64,000 nt of DNA, taken from IMG/VR virus record IMGVR_UViG_3300022680_000058, positions 32,001-96,000 of that record; one strand, written 5' to 3'. This document shows positions 26,181 through 36,322 of this stretch, piece by piece. The notes under the pieces were generated by a model. The model worked only from the letters and a program-made list of their open reading frames with translations, had not been told where the DNA came from and ran no database searches. The stretch is from a virus. The position numbers and the translations under genes were made by a program. Position 1 is the first letter of the stretch. The number at the start of each line of letters is the position of its first letter.

Positions 26181-27128
26181 CTACGCTTGAGGTGTTGAAC
26201 TCAAAAAATGGCTGACGAATTTCTCAGAAAACGCCGCCGCCAGATTCATCTCTCTCAACCTCGAAGCCACACCATCATGAACCCGTCCAAGGCTCATGAC
26301 ATCCCCGCCGTCAGCGACAGCAATCGCACTCTCGACGATTCCAATGGTATCTTCCAGATTCTCGCTGAACTCATGGACGAACTCACCAAAGTCTTCGCCA
26401 AGCAACCCTTCCTCACCGGAAGTCATGTTCTCGTCAAACCCAGACCGCATGACTGATTCTACATCGACATGCATTCGCCTGAGCTCTGAAAGGACGTCAT
26501 CGAGTGAAACCTGGATAGAGTCCCTGATTCGTTGGTCCGAACGGTCCACAGCGGACTCGAAAAGATCGTTGAACTTCGGCTTCGGGAGAGCCCTGTTGGC
26601 GTCCGAACCAACGAACTTTGCCATCGACTCTTCATTCTCCCGAACCGCCTCGATCCAGTCGTGGTCATCACCCATCGCGATCAAGTCATCCTCGACACCC
26701 TCAGCGGTGAACTTCACGCCAGACCTTGCCATCGTGTAAAGAGACTCGATACGGGCGTCCGCCTCATCATCGTTCCCATCCAGGATAGCATCCACGACGA
26801 GGAGTGACTCTACCTTCGCATCGCCACTCAACTCAGAAGCTTCTTTGACCGGGACCTGCACCTGTTCGACAGTCCCGAGCTCCAAGTCACCCGTCTCCTC
26901 ATTCCGAGAAAGCTCGACCTTGAAAAACTCTCCACTCTCGTTGACCACGATCGCGTGCTCAGAGAATGTCCCGATGACACGAATCTCGTCGTCACTGTCG
27001 CCGCCGAAAAGGTCAAGGTTGGAAGACACAGCCTCGTCAACCTCGTTCCTCACAACCTCGAAACTCCCATCGAGGAGTTTCGCCAGTGCTTCGCCGTCAA
27101 CCAATCTCTGTGTAGCCATGTTTCCCAA
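26181..27128 (-). CDS. Putative prohead core / head assembly protein
   Basis: Acidic 315 aa ORF downstream of the portal gene. Confidence 0.55.
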   Translation of the reverse strand: MGNMATQRLVDGEALAKLLDGSFEVVRNEVDEAVSSNLDLFGGDSDDEIRVIGTFSEHAIVVNESGEFFKVELSRNEETGDLELGTVEQVQVPVKEASELSGDAKVESLLVVDAILDGNDDEADARIESLYTMARSGVKFTAEGVEDDLIAMGDDHDWIEAVRENEESMAKFVGSDANRALPKPKFNDLFESAVDRSDQRIRDSIQVSLDDVLSELRRMHVDVESVMRSGFDENMTSGEEGLLGEDFGEFVHEFSENLEDTIGIVESAIAVADGGDVMSLGRVHDGVASRLREMNLAAAFSEKFVSHFLSSTPQA

Positions 27129-27192
27129 GCTCTAATTTGAAAGCCTACGTGTAGGGTCTATCGTGTGTCAAGCCTCGTTATTGAACAGAATA

Positions 27193-28983
27193 TCACACAG
27201 CGCCCTGGTCGCGCATCATAGACCTCAATTCATGCATCATTGGGGCAACCTCCATAAACCTCTTCCTGAATCCGGCTTGTTCTTTGAGCACCTTGTCGAG
27301 CTTGTCCTTCCACCGATATTCATCACGTCTGGAGCCATGGTCGAAGTTACGCCGCCAGTCATTCCTCGGAACAGCCTTGATCAACTTCGACAACCTCATC
27401 TCCATCTGCTGCATTTCTGTGAGTTCAGGACTCCCGGCTGAGAGCTCGTCATCGGACAATGACTGAAGAAGCTTTTGCGCCTGAGCATCAATGGCAGCGT
27501 TCGCCAGTGTCTCCTGTCGCTTCTCATCCATGACCTGAAGTGCCTCATCCTCTGAGAACCTAAACAGATGTACGAGAAGCCACTTCGCGCTGACAAACTC
27601 ACCCATACGGGACGCAAGGTCCGCCACAGTGTTCATGACCTCCATCCTGGCGAGTTCCAGAATAGACGATGGGACCGCCATCTTGACCTGGTAGTCGGCC
27701 CTCTCCGGGTCCTTGTTCGTCGCGATGAGATGCACCCGACAAACCTTCCGGTAGCCTCCCCTGATGACCCTCTGAATCCTCATAACAGAGCGAGCAAACC
27801 GAATGTCCTGTGTCGAGAGCTGCCCCTGAACAGCCTCGCCACCATACCCCATATAAATTTGTGGGATCTTGAGAGCAGCTACCAGCTTGTCCCTGTGGTA
27901 GTTGAGGCTCTCAATCTCGGTGTAGTCCGGCCCCTGAATGACATCAATCTCTGTCGTTCTCTTCCCGTCACGAACCCCAATGAAAAAATCTTCGTCATGG
28001 GCCAACGGGTTGTTTCTCATGTCGAGCTGGCCAGAGGAGTTCACAAACTTCTTTCTGGCAAACTGATTCTTCACTCGGTTGACATGAGCTAACCCACGCT
28101 CAGCATCGAGCCCGCCGATATCAACGTAGAATGCGTATCGAGCCGGGGCACGTTCGAGCTTGTAAATCAGGAGCGCATCCTCCAAAAGAGAGAGCCTTTT
28201 CCACACCCACCGTGCAGGGTCAATGACAGCAGAACCATACACACTGTTTGGATGCTTCCCCCTCAACCTCCAATGAACGACCTCCCAATCCTCGAAAACA
28301 GTGATGCCCTGGGAGCTCGTTCTACCGTCACTCAAGAAACTTTTCTGAAGAGCAGGAGATGGACCTCCGCTCCTCTCGGCAGCCAGGGCGTAAAAATCCT
28401 CCATTGTGAGGTTGAAACCCCCACTCATGTCCTGGACGAACCCGAGCAGCAGTCCACGCCTGCTCTCCACGCGGCGCATCGTTGGAGGTGGAAGATAGTT
28501 GATCCCAACAACACCCTCATCCGCAACCAATATCTCACCGAAGCTATCGCCGTACTTACAGAGAGTCCTCGACGCCGCCCAAATGTCATCCTCGATTCCG
28601 AGGTTTTTGTGGAGCATGTCGTTGAGGTCTTCGGCAACGGCCTTGTCTTTCGACTCGACCCAGATCGCCTCTTCACGATCAAGATTCGGTGTACAGGTGT
28701 CGTCTGCATAGAGATCCAGCGCCACCTGAATCTCAGGGTACTGATCCATCTCTTCGTAATCGGTCTGAGCCGCCTGAAGTTGCTGGTCTACCCTGAGGGT
28801 CTCTGCGAGTTCATTGTATCCATAATTGCTTGCCTGAGTGAACGGAAGCCCCGCCTTCTCTACAGATGGGATGCCGCCCCTTCTAAGGTCTTGTGCTGAC
28901 TGTTCTGACGACCGAGCAAAGAAACTTCTGACAGCCTGGCCTGCACTTTTGACGAACCCCTCGAAGAGCTTTTTCTCTGCCAC
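27193..28983 (-). CDS. Portal protein, T4 gp20-like
   Basis: YEEMDQYPEI..ALDLYADD..YGSAVIDPAR..LLEDALLIYKLERAPARYAFYVDIG..EDFFI..ALKIP. Confidence 0.95.
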   Translation of the reverse strand: MAEKKLFEGFVKSAGQAVRSFFARSSEQSAQDLRRGGIPSVEKAGLPFTQASNYGYNELAETLRVDQQLQAAQTDYEEMDQYPEIQVALDLYADDTCTPNLDREEAIWVESKDKAVAEDLNDMLHKNLGIEDDIWAASRTLCKYGDSFGEILVADEGVVGINYLPPPTMRRVESRRGLLLGFVQDMSGGFNLTMEDFYALAAERSGGPSPALQKSFLSDGRTSSQGITVFEDWEVVHWRLRGKHPNSVYGSAVIDPARWVWKRLSLLEDALLIYKLERAPARYAFYVDIGGLDAERGLAHVNRVKNQFARKKFVNSSGQLDMRNNPLAHDEDFFIGVRDGKRTTEIDVIQGPDYTEIESLNYHRDKLVAALKIPQIYMGYGGEAVQGQLSTQDIRFARSVMRIQRVIRGGYRKVCRVHLIATNKDPERADYQVKMAVPSSILELARMEVMNTVADLASRMGEFVSAKWLLVHLFRFSEDEALQVMDEKRQETLANAAIDAQAQKLLQSLSDDELSAGSPELTEMQQMEMRLSKLIKAVPRNDWRRNFDHGSRRDEYRWKDKLDKVLKEQAGFRKRFMEVAPMMHELRSMMRDQGAV

Positions 28984-28994
28984 GACTCCACCAC

Positions 28995-31900
28995 CTAACT
29001 TCTGAGAAACGGCAACGATCCGCCTGGGGCCTTCTTCTGGGGTCCGCTCTTCTTGCGGTCTCCATGGTCATCCTTCTTCACGAGAATCATACCGCCAGTC
29101 ACCCAGGAATCATCCTCTTTGTTCATATCGGGCGACTCTCTGGAACTCGACACCATGTCCACAGGGCGCCCAGGAGCCTTCTTACTCAGAGAATACACGA
29201 CACCAGCGATCGAGTCAGCCACGTCCTTTGACCCTGGTGTCCCATCCGGGTTTCGCTTTGGGTGGTCAATCTTGACCTTCCCGCCCCGCTTCGGAACTCG
29301 CTGTAGATATCTGAACTCTTGCAAGGCGATAGGGTTCGGCGCCATCCGGAAACGACCTTCATAGATGGCTGCCTTCAATGTGTCGTATGGCTCGGTTGTC
29401 CTGTCAATCGAAACGACTTCAGCCTCGATCCCATGCTTGTTGAATTGCTGGATCGTATCAGCACTCTGGAACTGGTCGAGAGAGCTGTAGGAAACCATGA
29501 ATCCATGACCCATAAATTGATAAACGATCCCACGCAGATCAGCCAACATGATCTCGTCACCTGGCGGTGGGATAACACGAAGGACAAGATCTGCTTCCAT
29601 GCGAGGGGCCAGCTCGTTGTACTCCTCGCCGTAAGCATCCTTCCGAACAACCTCTGTCCATCCAGCAATATGACCTATCGTGAGTCCCGCAGAGTCCCCC
29701 GTAAGCGCCGGGTCGATGTGGACGTATCGAACCTCCCCAGGATGCCTCTTCGGGCGCCACGCTTCCTCGTGGACCCCACCAGGGAGCCGTCGCACGAACG
29801 GGTTACAAATCCGGTTCCATTCAATCTTCAACGGAGACCCAGCGACCCACTCAACCACAGGCCCATCACCCTCAAGACCGGCCACTGGGTTCTGTAGTGT
29901 CTCATCCTGACAGTTGTAGACCATCTCAGTTCGGCTCATGTACTGAGATATGACGTCAGTAGCCACACCAGCAACGTCTCTCAAGGCACTATCGATATCC
30001 GCCTCAAATTCACCTCGATAATCCTCTGGAACATCGACGATTTGAAGCCCGAGCTCTCGATACCGTGCCTCATCTTCCTCGTCTCCAGGGCCAAGGATTC
30101 GAGAAGAAATCCGCTCATTACCAACAACAACCTTGAAAAACTTCCCGCTGAATCGCTCCTTGGGGTGGACCTCCCAGGTTGCATACTCCCGGATAAACGT
30201 CATGGGGTCTTCAGATTCTTTAGCCTGGTCAATCCTCTTCTCGATGAACGCGTTGGGGCGCTCCTTCGATGACGCCACAATCAGCACACCTGGGAGCCGA
30301 CCAACCCTCTGGAACCTGGACTTCATTCGCCGAATGATCGACTTGTAGATTTTCTCTCCGACATCGATGAGCACCTCTCGCCCAAGGCGATCAACCTCCT
30401 TGGCCTCACCCATAAAGCTCGACTCATCGATAAACCCAGAGAACACATTGAGGCCGATGATTGCAGACGAACCAGTCGAGCCAGCCACGACCTGAATATT
30501 GTTCGGGAACCTGATTTCGAGCTGCGACGGCGCCTCTTTGGATGGAAAGTGCTCCTGAAAGTATCTTGAGTGACGAATCTTTCCGATCAACTCGTTGATA
30601 ACGACACGCTTGGCCACCTTCTCCGTGACACTCAACATCGCCACGTAGATATTAGACCCAAGGTCAATCCCATACGCCCGTTGAGGATTCCTGAGGCATG
30701 ACATCTGATAAATGGCGTAAGCCATCGCAGTTGTTGAGAAAAAGCTATTGTGAACCACGACGCCATTGACAACAGCGTTACCTGTCGCCGGAACACTCAA
30801 GTCGTAAACATCACGAACACCCCTTGGCTCAACCGACTCAACCCGCTCCCACACGATGTCATCGCTCATGTCAGCGAATCTCCGGAACCTCCCGTGATAC
30901 CCGACCGAATCACACAACCGAACAAACTTTTGACGCCCCATATAGGAGCCCTTACACAACCCAGCAAGCTTGGCCCACTTCTTCTTGTTGTGCAGTCCAG
31001 TCTCTCTTCGGATCTCTTTCAGCTCTTTTGTCGTAATCGGGACAACATCCCAATTCGAGTTCGGCTTCACACTCCTCGCCTGCTTCAGGAGCCGATCACA
31101 CGCCGCCTCTTTCCCCGGTATCTGTCCAACCCTCTCCATGAACAAAATCTGGTTCGGCGCGTCAGCTATCTGAAGCCTCCAGGCATCGAGGTCACCATCC
31201 TGGTTCTTTTTGCGCTTGTAGCTCTTCCGAGCCACCACACCAAAGCGACGGAGGAGATACTGGATGTCATCGATCAACCCCTCAGACGCAAGGCAGATCT
31301 CAATCTTTCGAGGACTCCCCGTGTAGACGTCCCCATCGGTGAACAGCCAACGAAGAAAGAGAGAGAGCTGCTCATCCGACAAACCAAAATACGTATCCGG
31401 TACCCTTTTTACTTTCGACAGGCATCTGATACCAAGAGTGTCAGTCCACTCTGTCAATCCCCTAAGGCTGATCGTAGGCTTCCCATCTGTGGTCGGGCTC
31501 GCCCCATCAAACCCAGGAATCGATCCAGCATGCTTGACGACTTCTGCTCTAAGATTCGGGTCACCTTTGGTGTACGTCGTCCGCGCCCCTGTCATGCTTC
31601 CGTCAGCGATGAGAGCCGCCGAGACGACCACTTCATCGTCTGAGATTTCGAGCTCTCTCTGAGGGGCTGGGACGCGACGAGCTACAGCTACCAAATCACC
31701 CTCTTCAAGAGCAGAGACATGACGATACCCATCCGGGCACAACACCGGGTGATCAAGGCTCGCATCGAGGTGCTGACCTGAGACCAGCTTCATCCTGGCA
31801 CATTCTTTTCGACCAGACTTCCATACCCGATTCGACCTCTCATGGGCAATTGATTGCCCACCAAATGACGGAACTGATGGTGTCTTCCCAACAGCTTGAC

Positions 31901-32300
31901 CAATCGTCATCCTTGTGCCAGAATCTGAATCTACGAAAAAACTCAATGATTCTAGGCACTTCCCCCACCCAATGCTGCCTCCGAGCAATGCCTCTTGGTA
32001 CTGTCCCTCAAAGAGTTCCACCATATCGTCTTTGAGCTGTGGCCAGAGGGACGCACCAGTCTCACCGAGGAAATATGGATCTGTCAGGAACTCTCTGATA
32101 CTGACCGGAGCTACACGATACTCGATGTCGGCGATGGACCTGTAACCCTTCGTCTCGCCAACAGCCAGCTTGTTGTAGATTTCAAGGACAGCTTCTCGCT
32201 CCTCTGGTGGGAGCCTTTCAATATCAGCAAGGAGGAGATCTTCCTCTTCTTCGTCAGTCCTGGTGGATCTGACCCTGCCATTCACATCAAGGATAGGCAC
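28995..32300 (-). CDS. terL: Terminase large subunit (intein-containing)
   Basis: Walker A GSIGWGK|S split by the intein; Walker B FIDE; nuclease motifs YVHIDPA and SKDVADS; adjacent to the portal gene. Confidence 0.92.
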   Translation of the reverse strand: MPILDVNGRVRSTRTDEEEEDLLLADIERLPPEEREAVLEIYNKLAVGETKGYRSIADIEYRVAPVSIREFLTDPYFLGETGASLWPQLKDDMVELFEGQYQEALLGGSIGWGKCLESLSFFVDSDSGTRMTIGQAVGKTPSVPSFGGQSIAHERSNRVWKSGRKECARMKLVSGQHLDASLDHPVLCPDGYRHVSALEEGDLVAVARRVPAPQRELEISDDEVVVSAALIADGSMTGARTTYTKGDPNLRAEVVKHAGSIPGFDGASPTTDGKPTISLRGLTEWTDTLGIRCLSKVKRVPDTYFGLSDEQLSLFLRWLFTDGDVYTGSPRKIEICLASEGLIDDIQYLLRRFGVVARKSYKRKKNQDGDLDAWRLQIADAPNQILFMERVGQIPGKEAACDRLLKQARSVKPNSNWDVVPITTKELKEIRRETGLHNKKKWAKLAGLCKGSYMGRQKFVRLCDSVGYHGRFRRFADMSDDIVWERVESVEPRGVRDVYDLSVPATGNAVVNGVVVHNSFFSTTAMAYAIYQMSCLRNPQRAYGIDLGSNIYVAMLSVTEKVAKRVVINELIGKIRHSRYFQEHFPSKEAPSQLEIRFPNNIQVVAGSTGSSAIIGLNVFSGFIDESSFMGEAKEVDRLGREVLIDVGEKIYKSIIRRMKSRFQRVGRLPGVLIVASSKERPNAFIEKRIDQAKESEDPMTFIREYATWEVHPKERFSGKFFKVVVGNERISSRILGPGDEEDEARYRELGLQIVDVPEDYRGEFEADIDSALRDVAGVATDVISQYMSRTEMVYNCQDETLQNPVAGLEGDGPVVEWVAGSPLKIEWNRICNPFVRRLPGGVHEEAWRPKRHPGEVRYVHIDPALTGDSAGLTIGHIAGWTEVVRKDAYGEEYNELAPRMEADLVLRVIPPPGDEIMLADLRGIVYQFMGHGFMVSYSSLDQFQSADTIQQFNKHGIEAEVVSIDRTTEPYDTLKAAIYEGRFRMAPNPIALQEFRYLQRVPKRGGKVKIDHPKRNPDGTPGSKDVADSIAGVVYSLSKKAPGRPVDMVSSSRESPDMNKEDDSWVTGGMILVKKDDHGDRKKSGPQKKAPGGSLPFLRS
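30747..31958 (-). mobile_element. Intein with LAGLIDADG endonuclease in TerL (404 aa)
   Basis: N-terminus CLESLS, block B ASLDHP, ALIADG and WLFTDG, block F VYDLSV, C-terminus VVHN|S. Confidence 0.93.
31843..31860. repeat. Conserved palindrome, copy 4
   Basis: TGGGCAATTGATTGCCCA inside the TerL intein coding sequence. Confidence 0.9.
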
Positions 32301-32305
32301 AAGTG

Positions 32306-33043
32306 CTACTCGTCGCCCGCCGCCTTCTGTGGGGCTTCTAGCTCGGCTTTTTCAGCACGCCTCTTGATCCTCTCGACGATAGACACGACTCGTCGCCGAG
32401 CGTCTGGCTTCTTCAAGACCTCAGCCGTCTTCTCACTGTACTCCCCGACGTCGATCTTACCTTCACCCTGGCCAGCTCCTCCGAGGGCCTTGATCGCCTC
32501 TCGTTCCTCTTTGCCATGCATCTCGACAAGCCTCGCCGCAGAAAGGATATTCCTGTCCGTGATGTCAAACGGGACGCCGAGCTCATTCTCTTTCCCGATG
32601 ATCAGGTCTATCCTGTCCCGTTGAGCAAGATAGAGGCACTCCAACTCAATCATACGGTCCATGGTTTTTCGCTGCTTCCCATAGACACTCTTAGCGATCG
32701 TCCCTGGCCTTCGACCTTTCGACGGCACTATCGCCGCCAACCTGTCGTCGAGAATCACCTCGCCATTGACAGGCTCGACAACCTTCTTCCGCCTCTCGGT
32801 TATCACCTTCGTGAGAGCTTCGACAGTCACATCAGTAAGGCACTCAAGGATGTCCTGGATGAACCTCGCCACGTCTCTGGACGAGACCCCCTCCTGGAGC
32901 ATGTCATCGATATCTTCGATATTGCTGAGCTCTCCAAGCCTCATCGCTATCGAGACACGGTCTGATTTACTGAAGGTTGGCTTTTCCGTCTTTGTCGTCA
33001 TCGTTCCATTAGACATTATTGACAAAGCCGGACTGTACGTCAA
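32306..33043 (-). CDS. Putative terminase small subunit
   Basis: Helical protein directly upstream of terL with an HTH-like GVSSRDVARFIQ segment; positional inference. Confidence 0.5.
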   Translation of the reverse strand: MTYSPALSIMSNGTMTTKTEKPTFSKSDRVSIAMRLGELSNIEDIDDMLQEGVSSRDVARFIQDILECLTDVTVEALTKVITERRKKVVEPVNGEVILDDRLAAIVPSKGRRPGTIAKSVYGKQRKTMDRMIELECLYLAQRDRIDLIIGKENELGVPFDITDRNILSAARLVEMHGKEEREAIKALGGAGQGEGKIDVGEYSEKTAEVLKKPDARRRVVSIVERIKRRAEKAELEAPQKAAGDE

Positions 33044-33058
33044 GAAGAGTAGGCCTGC

Positions 33059-33247
33059 TCAATACCACCCACGTCTGATGGACATCATGGAGCTCTCCAC
33101 CACCGCATCAACCACATCATCAACGCCTTCTTCGTCAACGCCCCCTAGGTCATCAAAGATTCTTTGCTCAACGAGGTCTCTGACACAGGCGATCAAGTCG
33201 GCCTTGTGCTCAGGATACTTCGTGAGCCATTCGTCAAAAACTCTCAC
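33059..33247 (-). CDS. Hypothetical protein
   Basis: 62 aa ORF in the operon. Confidence 0.5.
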   Translation of the reverse strand: MRVFDEWLTKYPEHKADLIACVRDLVEQRIFDDLGGVDEEGVDDVVDAVVESSMMSIRRGWY

Positions 33248-33265
33248 TCATCCCTGAACCGCCTC

Positions 33266-33493
33266 CTACTCAAATTCCTTGTACTCCTCCAAAAGAAGCT
33301 TGGCGTCCCTGTGACACCGGTTTCCGACCGACACCAAAATGTCGACCGAAAGAGCCACGTAATGGTCATCTGGCCCGGAAAATTTCACACCATTGACAGG
33401 GTCAACCCTAGTCTCGATCAGCTCAAGAGCTCTCTGTTCTGACTTGTCTCTGATTTTCAACAACAATTCAGCACGATCTTTGTCCGAAAGCAT
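33266..33493 (-). CDS. Hypothetical protein
   Basis: MLSDKDR start coupled to the upstream stop, GGAGG RBS. Confidence 0.55.
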   Translation of the reverse strand: MLSDKDRAELLLKIRDKSEQRALELIETRVDPVNGVKFSGPDDHYVALSVDILVSVGNRCHRDAKLLLEEYKEFE

Positions 33494-33993
33494 CACTGAC
33501 CTCCCATCCTTCTGTTCCTCTTCGCAACAGCACACCGCTTCCTCAGCTTGCCGAGCTCTTCAAGCTCGATGTTCAAGGAGCGCAGCTTCCCCAGATACCT
33601 CGCCTCCTCCTGCTCCCTAAGAGCATCCACATTATCGAGCCGATGCTTGATGAGCTCCTCGGCATCAAACACGTCGAAAAATCTCCCCAAGAGAGACCTG
33701 AGGGTCTCTCCCTCGACATCATCTGACGAGAGTGGCCTGTGTCCACGGACCAAGATATCCCCGTTGGGAGAATCCAACCTGAACCTTGACAGGTCCACAA
33801 TCGGAACGAGAAACGTTTCACACCTCGGGTCCTCGATTCTGGCTGTCAGGAAATACCGGTCGCCGAGGTCTTTCCTGATCATCACGACTCGGCATTTGAA
33901 ATACTCCCGAGATATAATCTGATTGACCATCCAGCCGCTCCTCTCGACGACTTCCCTGATCTCTTTGTGGGTCATGCTCTTTCTTTTAGACAT
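33493..33993 (-). CDS. Hypothetical protein, tandem paralogue A
   Basis: Aligns by eye with 33995..34444. Confidence 0.65.
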   Translation of the reverse strand: MSKRKSMTHKEIREVVERSGWMVNQIISREYFKCRVVMIRKDLGDRYFLTARIEDPRCETFLVPIVDLSRFRLDSPNGDILVRGHRPLSSDDVEGETLRSLLGRFFDVFDAEELIKHRLDNVDALREQEEARYLGKLRSLNIELEELGKLRKRCAVAKRNRRMGGQ

Positions 33994-33994
33994 G

Positions 33995-34444
33995 TCAGCC
34001 CTCTTGCTCCCCCAGCTTGTTGAGGGCCTTGACCTCGGAATTGAGCTTCTGGATGGACTTGGCGTGCCGGTCTTCCTCTTCCAAGATCAGCTCGTCCACC
34101 TTCTTCTTCCCAATCTTGGCGAGCACAGAGACATCGAACTCACCGAAAAACATCTCCAACACGGGACGAAGGGGAACCCTCGCGATGTCGGCGTGAGTGA
34201 GAACCTTGTGATCCCACACCAAAAGATCACTGCCGGTGCTGTCTTCCCGCCGCCGCAACAGGTCCACTGTCGAGCCAACAGCATCCTTATATCGACCATC
34301 CTCAACCCTGGCCTCCAAACGGAACCTGTTGCCGAGGTCTTTGCTCATGTACACGACATCGATGATAGGGTTTCCATGCGAAACGACCTTTTCGAGTTCC
34401 CACCCATGCTCTTTGACGAACTTCTTGATCTCCTCGTATGTCAT
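33995..34444 (-). CDS. Hypothetical protein, tandem paralogue B
   Basis: Start MTYEEIKK after an AGGAG RBS; GW..KDLG.RF.L.AR.ED shared with paralogue A. Confidence 0.65.
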   Translation of the reverse strand: MTYEEIKKFVKEHGWELEKVVSHGNPIIDVVYMSKDLGNRFRLEARVEDGRYKDAVGSTVDLLRRREDSTGSDLLVWDHKVLTHADIARVPLRPVLEMFFGEFDVSVLAKIGKKKVDELILEEEDRHAKSIQKLNSEVKALNKLGEQEG

Positions 34445-34466
34445 CCTGCTCTCCTTCTCCCGCGTG

Positions 34467-34673
34467 TCAGACTTCGTCCTCGTACAAGTCGAACACCATC
34501 TCTCTAGCTTCCATCTCTGAACGGTTGATACCGCCAGGGATCGGTGTTGTCTTGAGCTCCTGCAACTCCTCCACGGCTTCACGAGCGACAATGGCAGCTC
34601 GTACTGCACTACGACCCCACGCGATTGCCGCACCATACGCCGCCGCCCAGACCGCCTTCTCTTCTCGTGTCAT
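34467..34673 (-). CDS. Hypothetical protein
   Basis: MTREEKAVWAAAYG after a GGAGAAGGA RBS. Confidence 0.55.
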   Translation of the reverse strand: MTREEKAVWAAAYGAAIAWGRSAVRAAIVAREAVEELQELKTTPIPGGINRSEMEAREMVFDLYEDEV

Positions 34674-34863
34674 GGTTTCCTTCTCCTCAATCCGCCGCCC
34701 GAAGTGGCTCACCCGCCGGACCACTGAAGTGCCTAGCGACCGCCTCAGTCTTCCGCCACACAGCCGAAGCCCTATGGGCATATTTCGACCAGTAGCAGTC
34801 GACTATCTGAACCGCCCAGTCGTTACGGGCGAGGCTATCGCCTTCGAGTTCTTCCCGTTCCGC

Positions 34864-35955
34864 CTAGAGCCACTCCCTCGCATGATTCGCTGCCCCACGG
34901 GGCACCGGAACACCAAACAACTCTGAAAGCTCCTTGATGAGATCTCTTCGCTTCGCAATAGGGAGCCACGAGTCGATTTCTTCGACCACATTGTCAGTGT
35001 AGTCCCCGACGCCATCCACACCCTCGCTCCATGCTGCCTCACAGGCTTCCTCAGCCACGTTATCGAACGTGATGACATATTCACGAGGGCCGTTCTTTCC
35101 ATTCCTGACAGCCGCCCCAGCGATGGCAACCGAGTCACAGAAAATCTGGGTATTGGGGCTCACCGACTCGATGGCGCGGAGTGTCAACGAGAACTTCGAC
35201 CCGCGACTCTTGGGACCAATACCAAGGAGGTGAACCCGAGCAGGCTTGACCTCGGCACAGAAGTCTCTGATGTCCTGAACGCTGGTAGCATCCTTCTGCA
35301 TTGGGAAGGCACAAACGAAGTCGTCAAACCCGAGGAATTCCACCGCATAGCAGTGGAACTCGACGAGCGGGATTTGACCCTTCTGGTGGGGAACAATGAT
35401 GTTTGCCCCGAACTCTCGACAGCGACGGACTCTCTCGGCGTAGGCTTCGAGCCTGTCTAAGGTCTCCCACTGGTGAGCAACCTTGTCCGGCGCAACGATG
35501 AAAAGCTGACCACCGAGCCGCTTTGCCAACCGCTCGTAAAGGTCGAGAATCTGGCGCCAGTCCTCATCGAAGATTGGAGCCACCGTGTAGGGACCGTTCT
35601 CGTCGAAGTCGACCTCCGAGTATGCCCCCGAGTCAACGAAGACCCGCCGACCAGTCCCAGCGAGCTCATAGAGCGCCTCTTCACAAGACCGAATGGCGCC
35701 CTCTTTCGTCGACAAGAGTTCACCAGCAGTGACGCCCACGTCGATCCCAGCCTGGTGGAATCCTCTGACGTCCCCGACTCGCGACGAACCCGAAGCGAAA
35801 TAGACGTAAGGGTTGGTGACTTCCAGTGGTATAAGCGCCATGTCCGACCTCGTTTCCTCGACCATATGCAATGTAGACATATGGTTTGCGTTTGTCAACT
35901 GGCCGAACAGAGAAAGTTGCTCTTTTCTTTTTGAGATCGTCATGGCTCCAACCAA
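34864..35955 (-). CDS. TGT / DpdA-like transglycosylase-fold protein (possibly truncated by an internal TAG)
   Basis: VFVDSGAYS, IVAPD, IVPHQ, VHLLG, FCDS appear in TGT-fold order. Confidence 0.65.
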   Translation of the reverse strand: MVGAMTISKRKEQLSLFGQLTNANHMSTLHMVEETRSDMALIPLEVTNPYVYFASGSSRVGDVRGFHQAGIDVGVTAGELLSTKEGAIRSCEEALYELAGTGRRVFVDSGAYSEVDFDENGPYTVAPIFDEDWRQILDLYERLAKRLGGQLFIVAPDKVAHQWETLDRLEAYAERVRRCREFGANIIVPHQKGQIPLVEFHCYAVEFLGFDDFVCAFPMQKDATSVQDIRDFCAEVKPARVHLLGIGPKSRGSKFSLTLRAIESVSPNTQIFCDSVAIAGAAVRNGKNGPREYVITFDNVAEEACEAAWSEGVDGVGDYTDNVVEEIDSWLPIAKRRDLIKELSELFGVPVPRGAANHAREWL

Positions 35956-36022
35956 AGAAACTTTGGTAACTTTTTGCTTTTTTGAAACCAGAATGATTTC
36001 AATGTGTTATCAATTTGAAGTT

Positions 36023-36322
36023 TCAAGTCTCCCGCTTAAGGGATCTAGAAATTTCCGAGTGCTCTTCTTCGGTCGGTGCAGGGAGCTTGCTGATCGTTCG
36101 GTTGAGGAATGTGATGTCATCTTCGAGAGAGGCGATCTTGCGGTGGAGGGCTTCGAGCTCCTGGTGGAGTTCCGGCAACGTGAGCTGTCGGCGTCTCCAA
36201 TCCTTGATCAGCTCATCGAGGTCTTCGGGTATTCGGAACCTGATCGGGTCGCCCTTGGTCCGTTTCTCGAACTCCTCGACCCGATCAAGCCACATCTCTT
36301 TTCGGCGTGTTCCCATCACCAT
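36023..36322 (-). CDS. Hypothetical coiled-coil protein
   Basis: 99 aa ORF overlapping the upstream stop. Confidence 0.5.
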   Translation of the reverse strand: MVMGTRRKEMWLDRVEEFEKRTKGDPIRFRIPEDLDELIKDWRRRQLTLPELHQELEALHRKIASLEDDITFLNRTISKLPAPTEEEHSEISRSLKRET

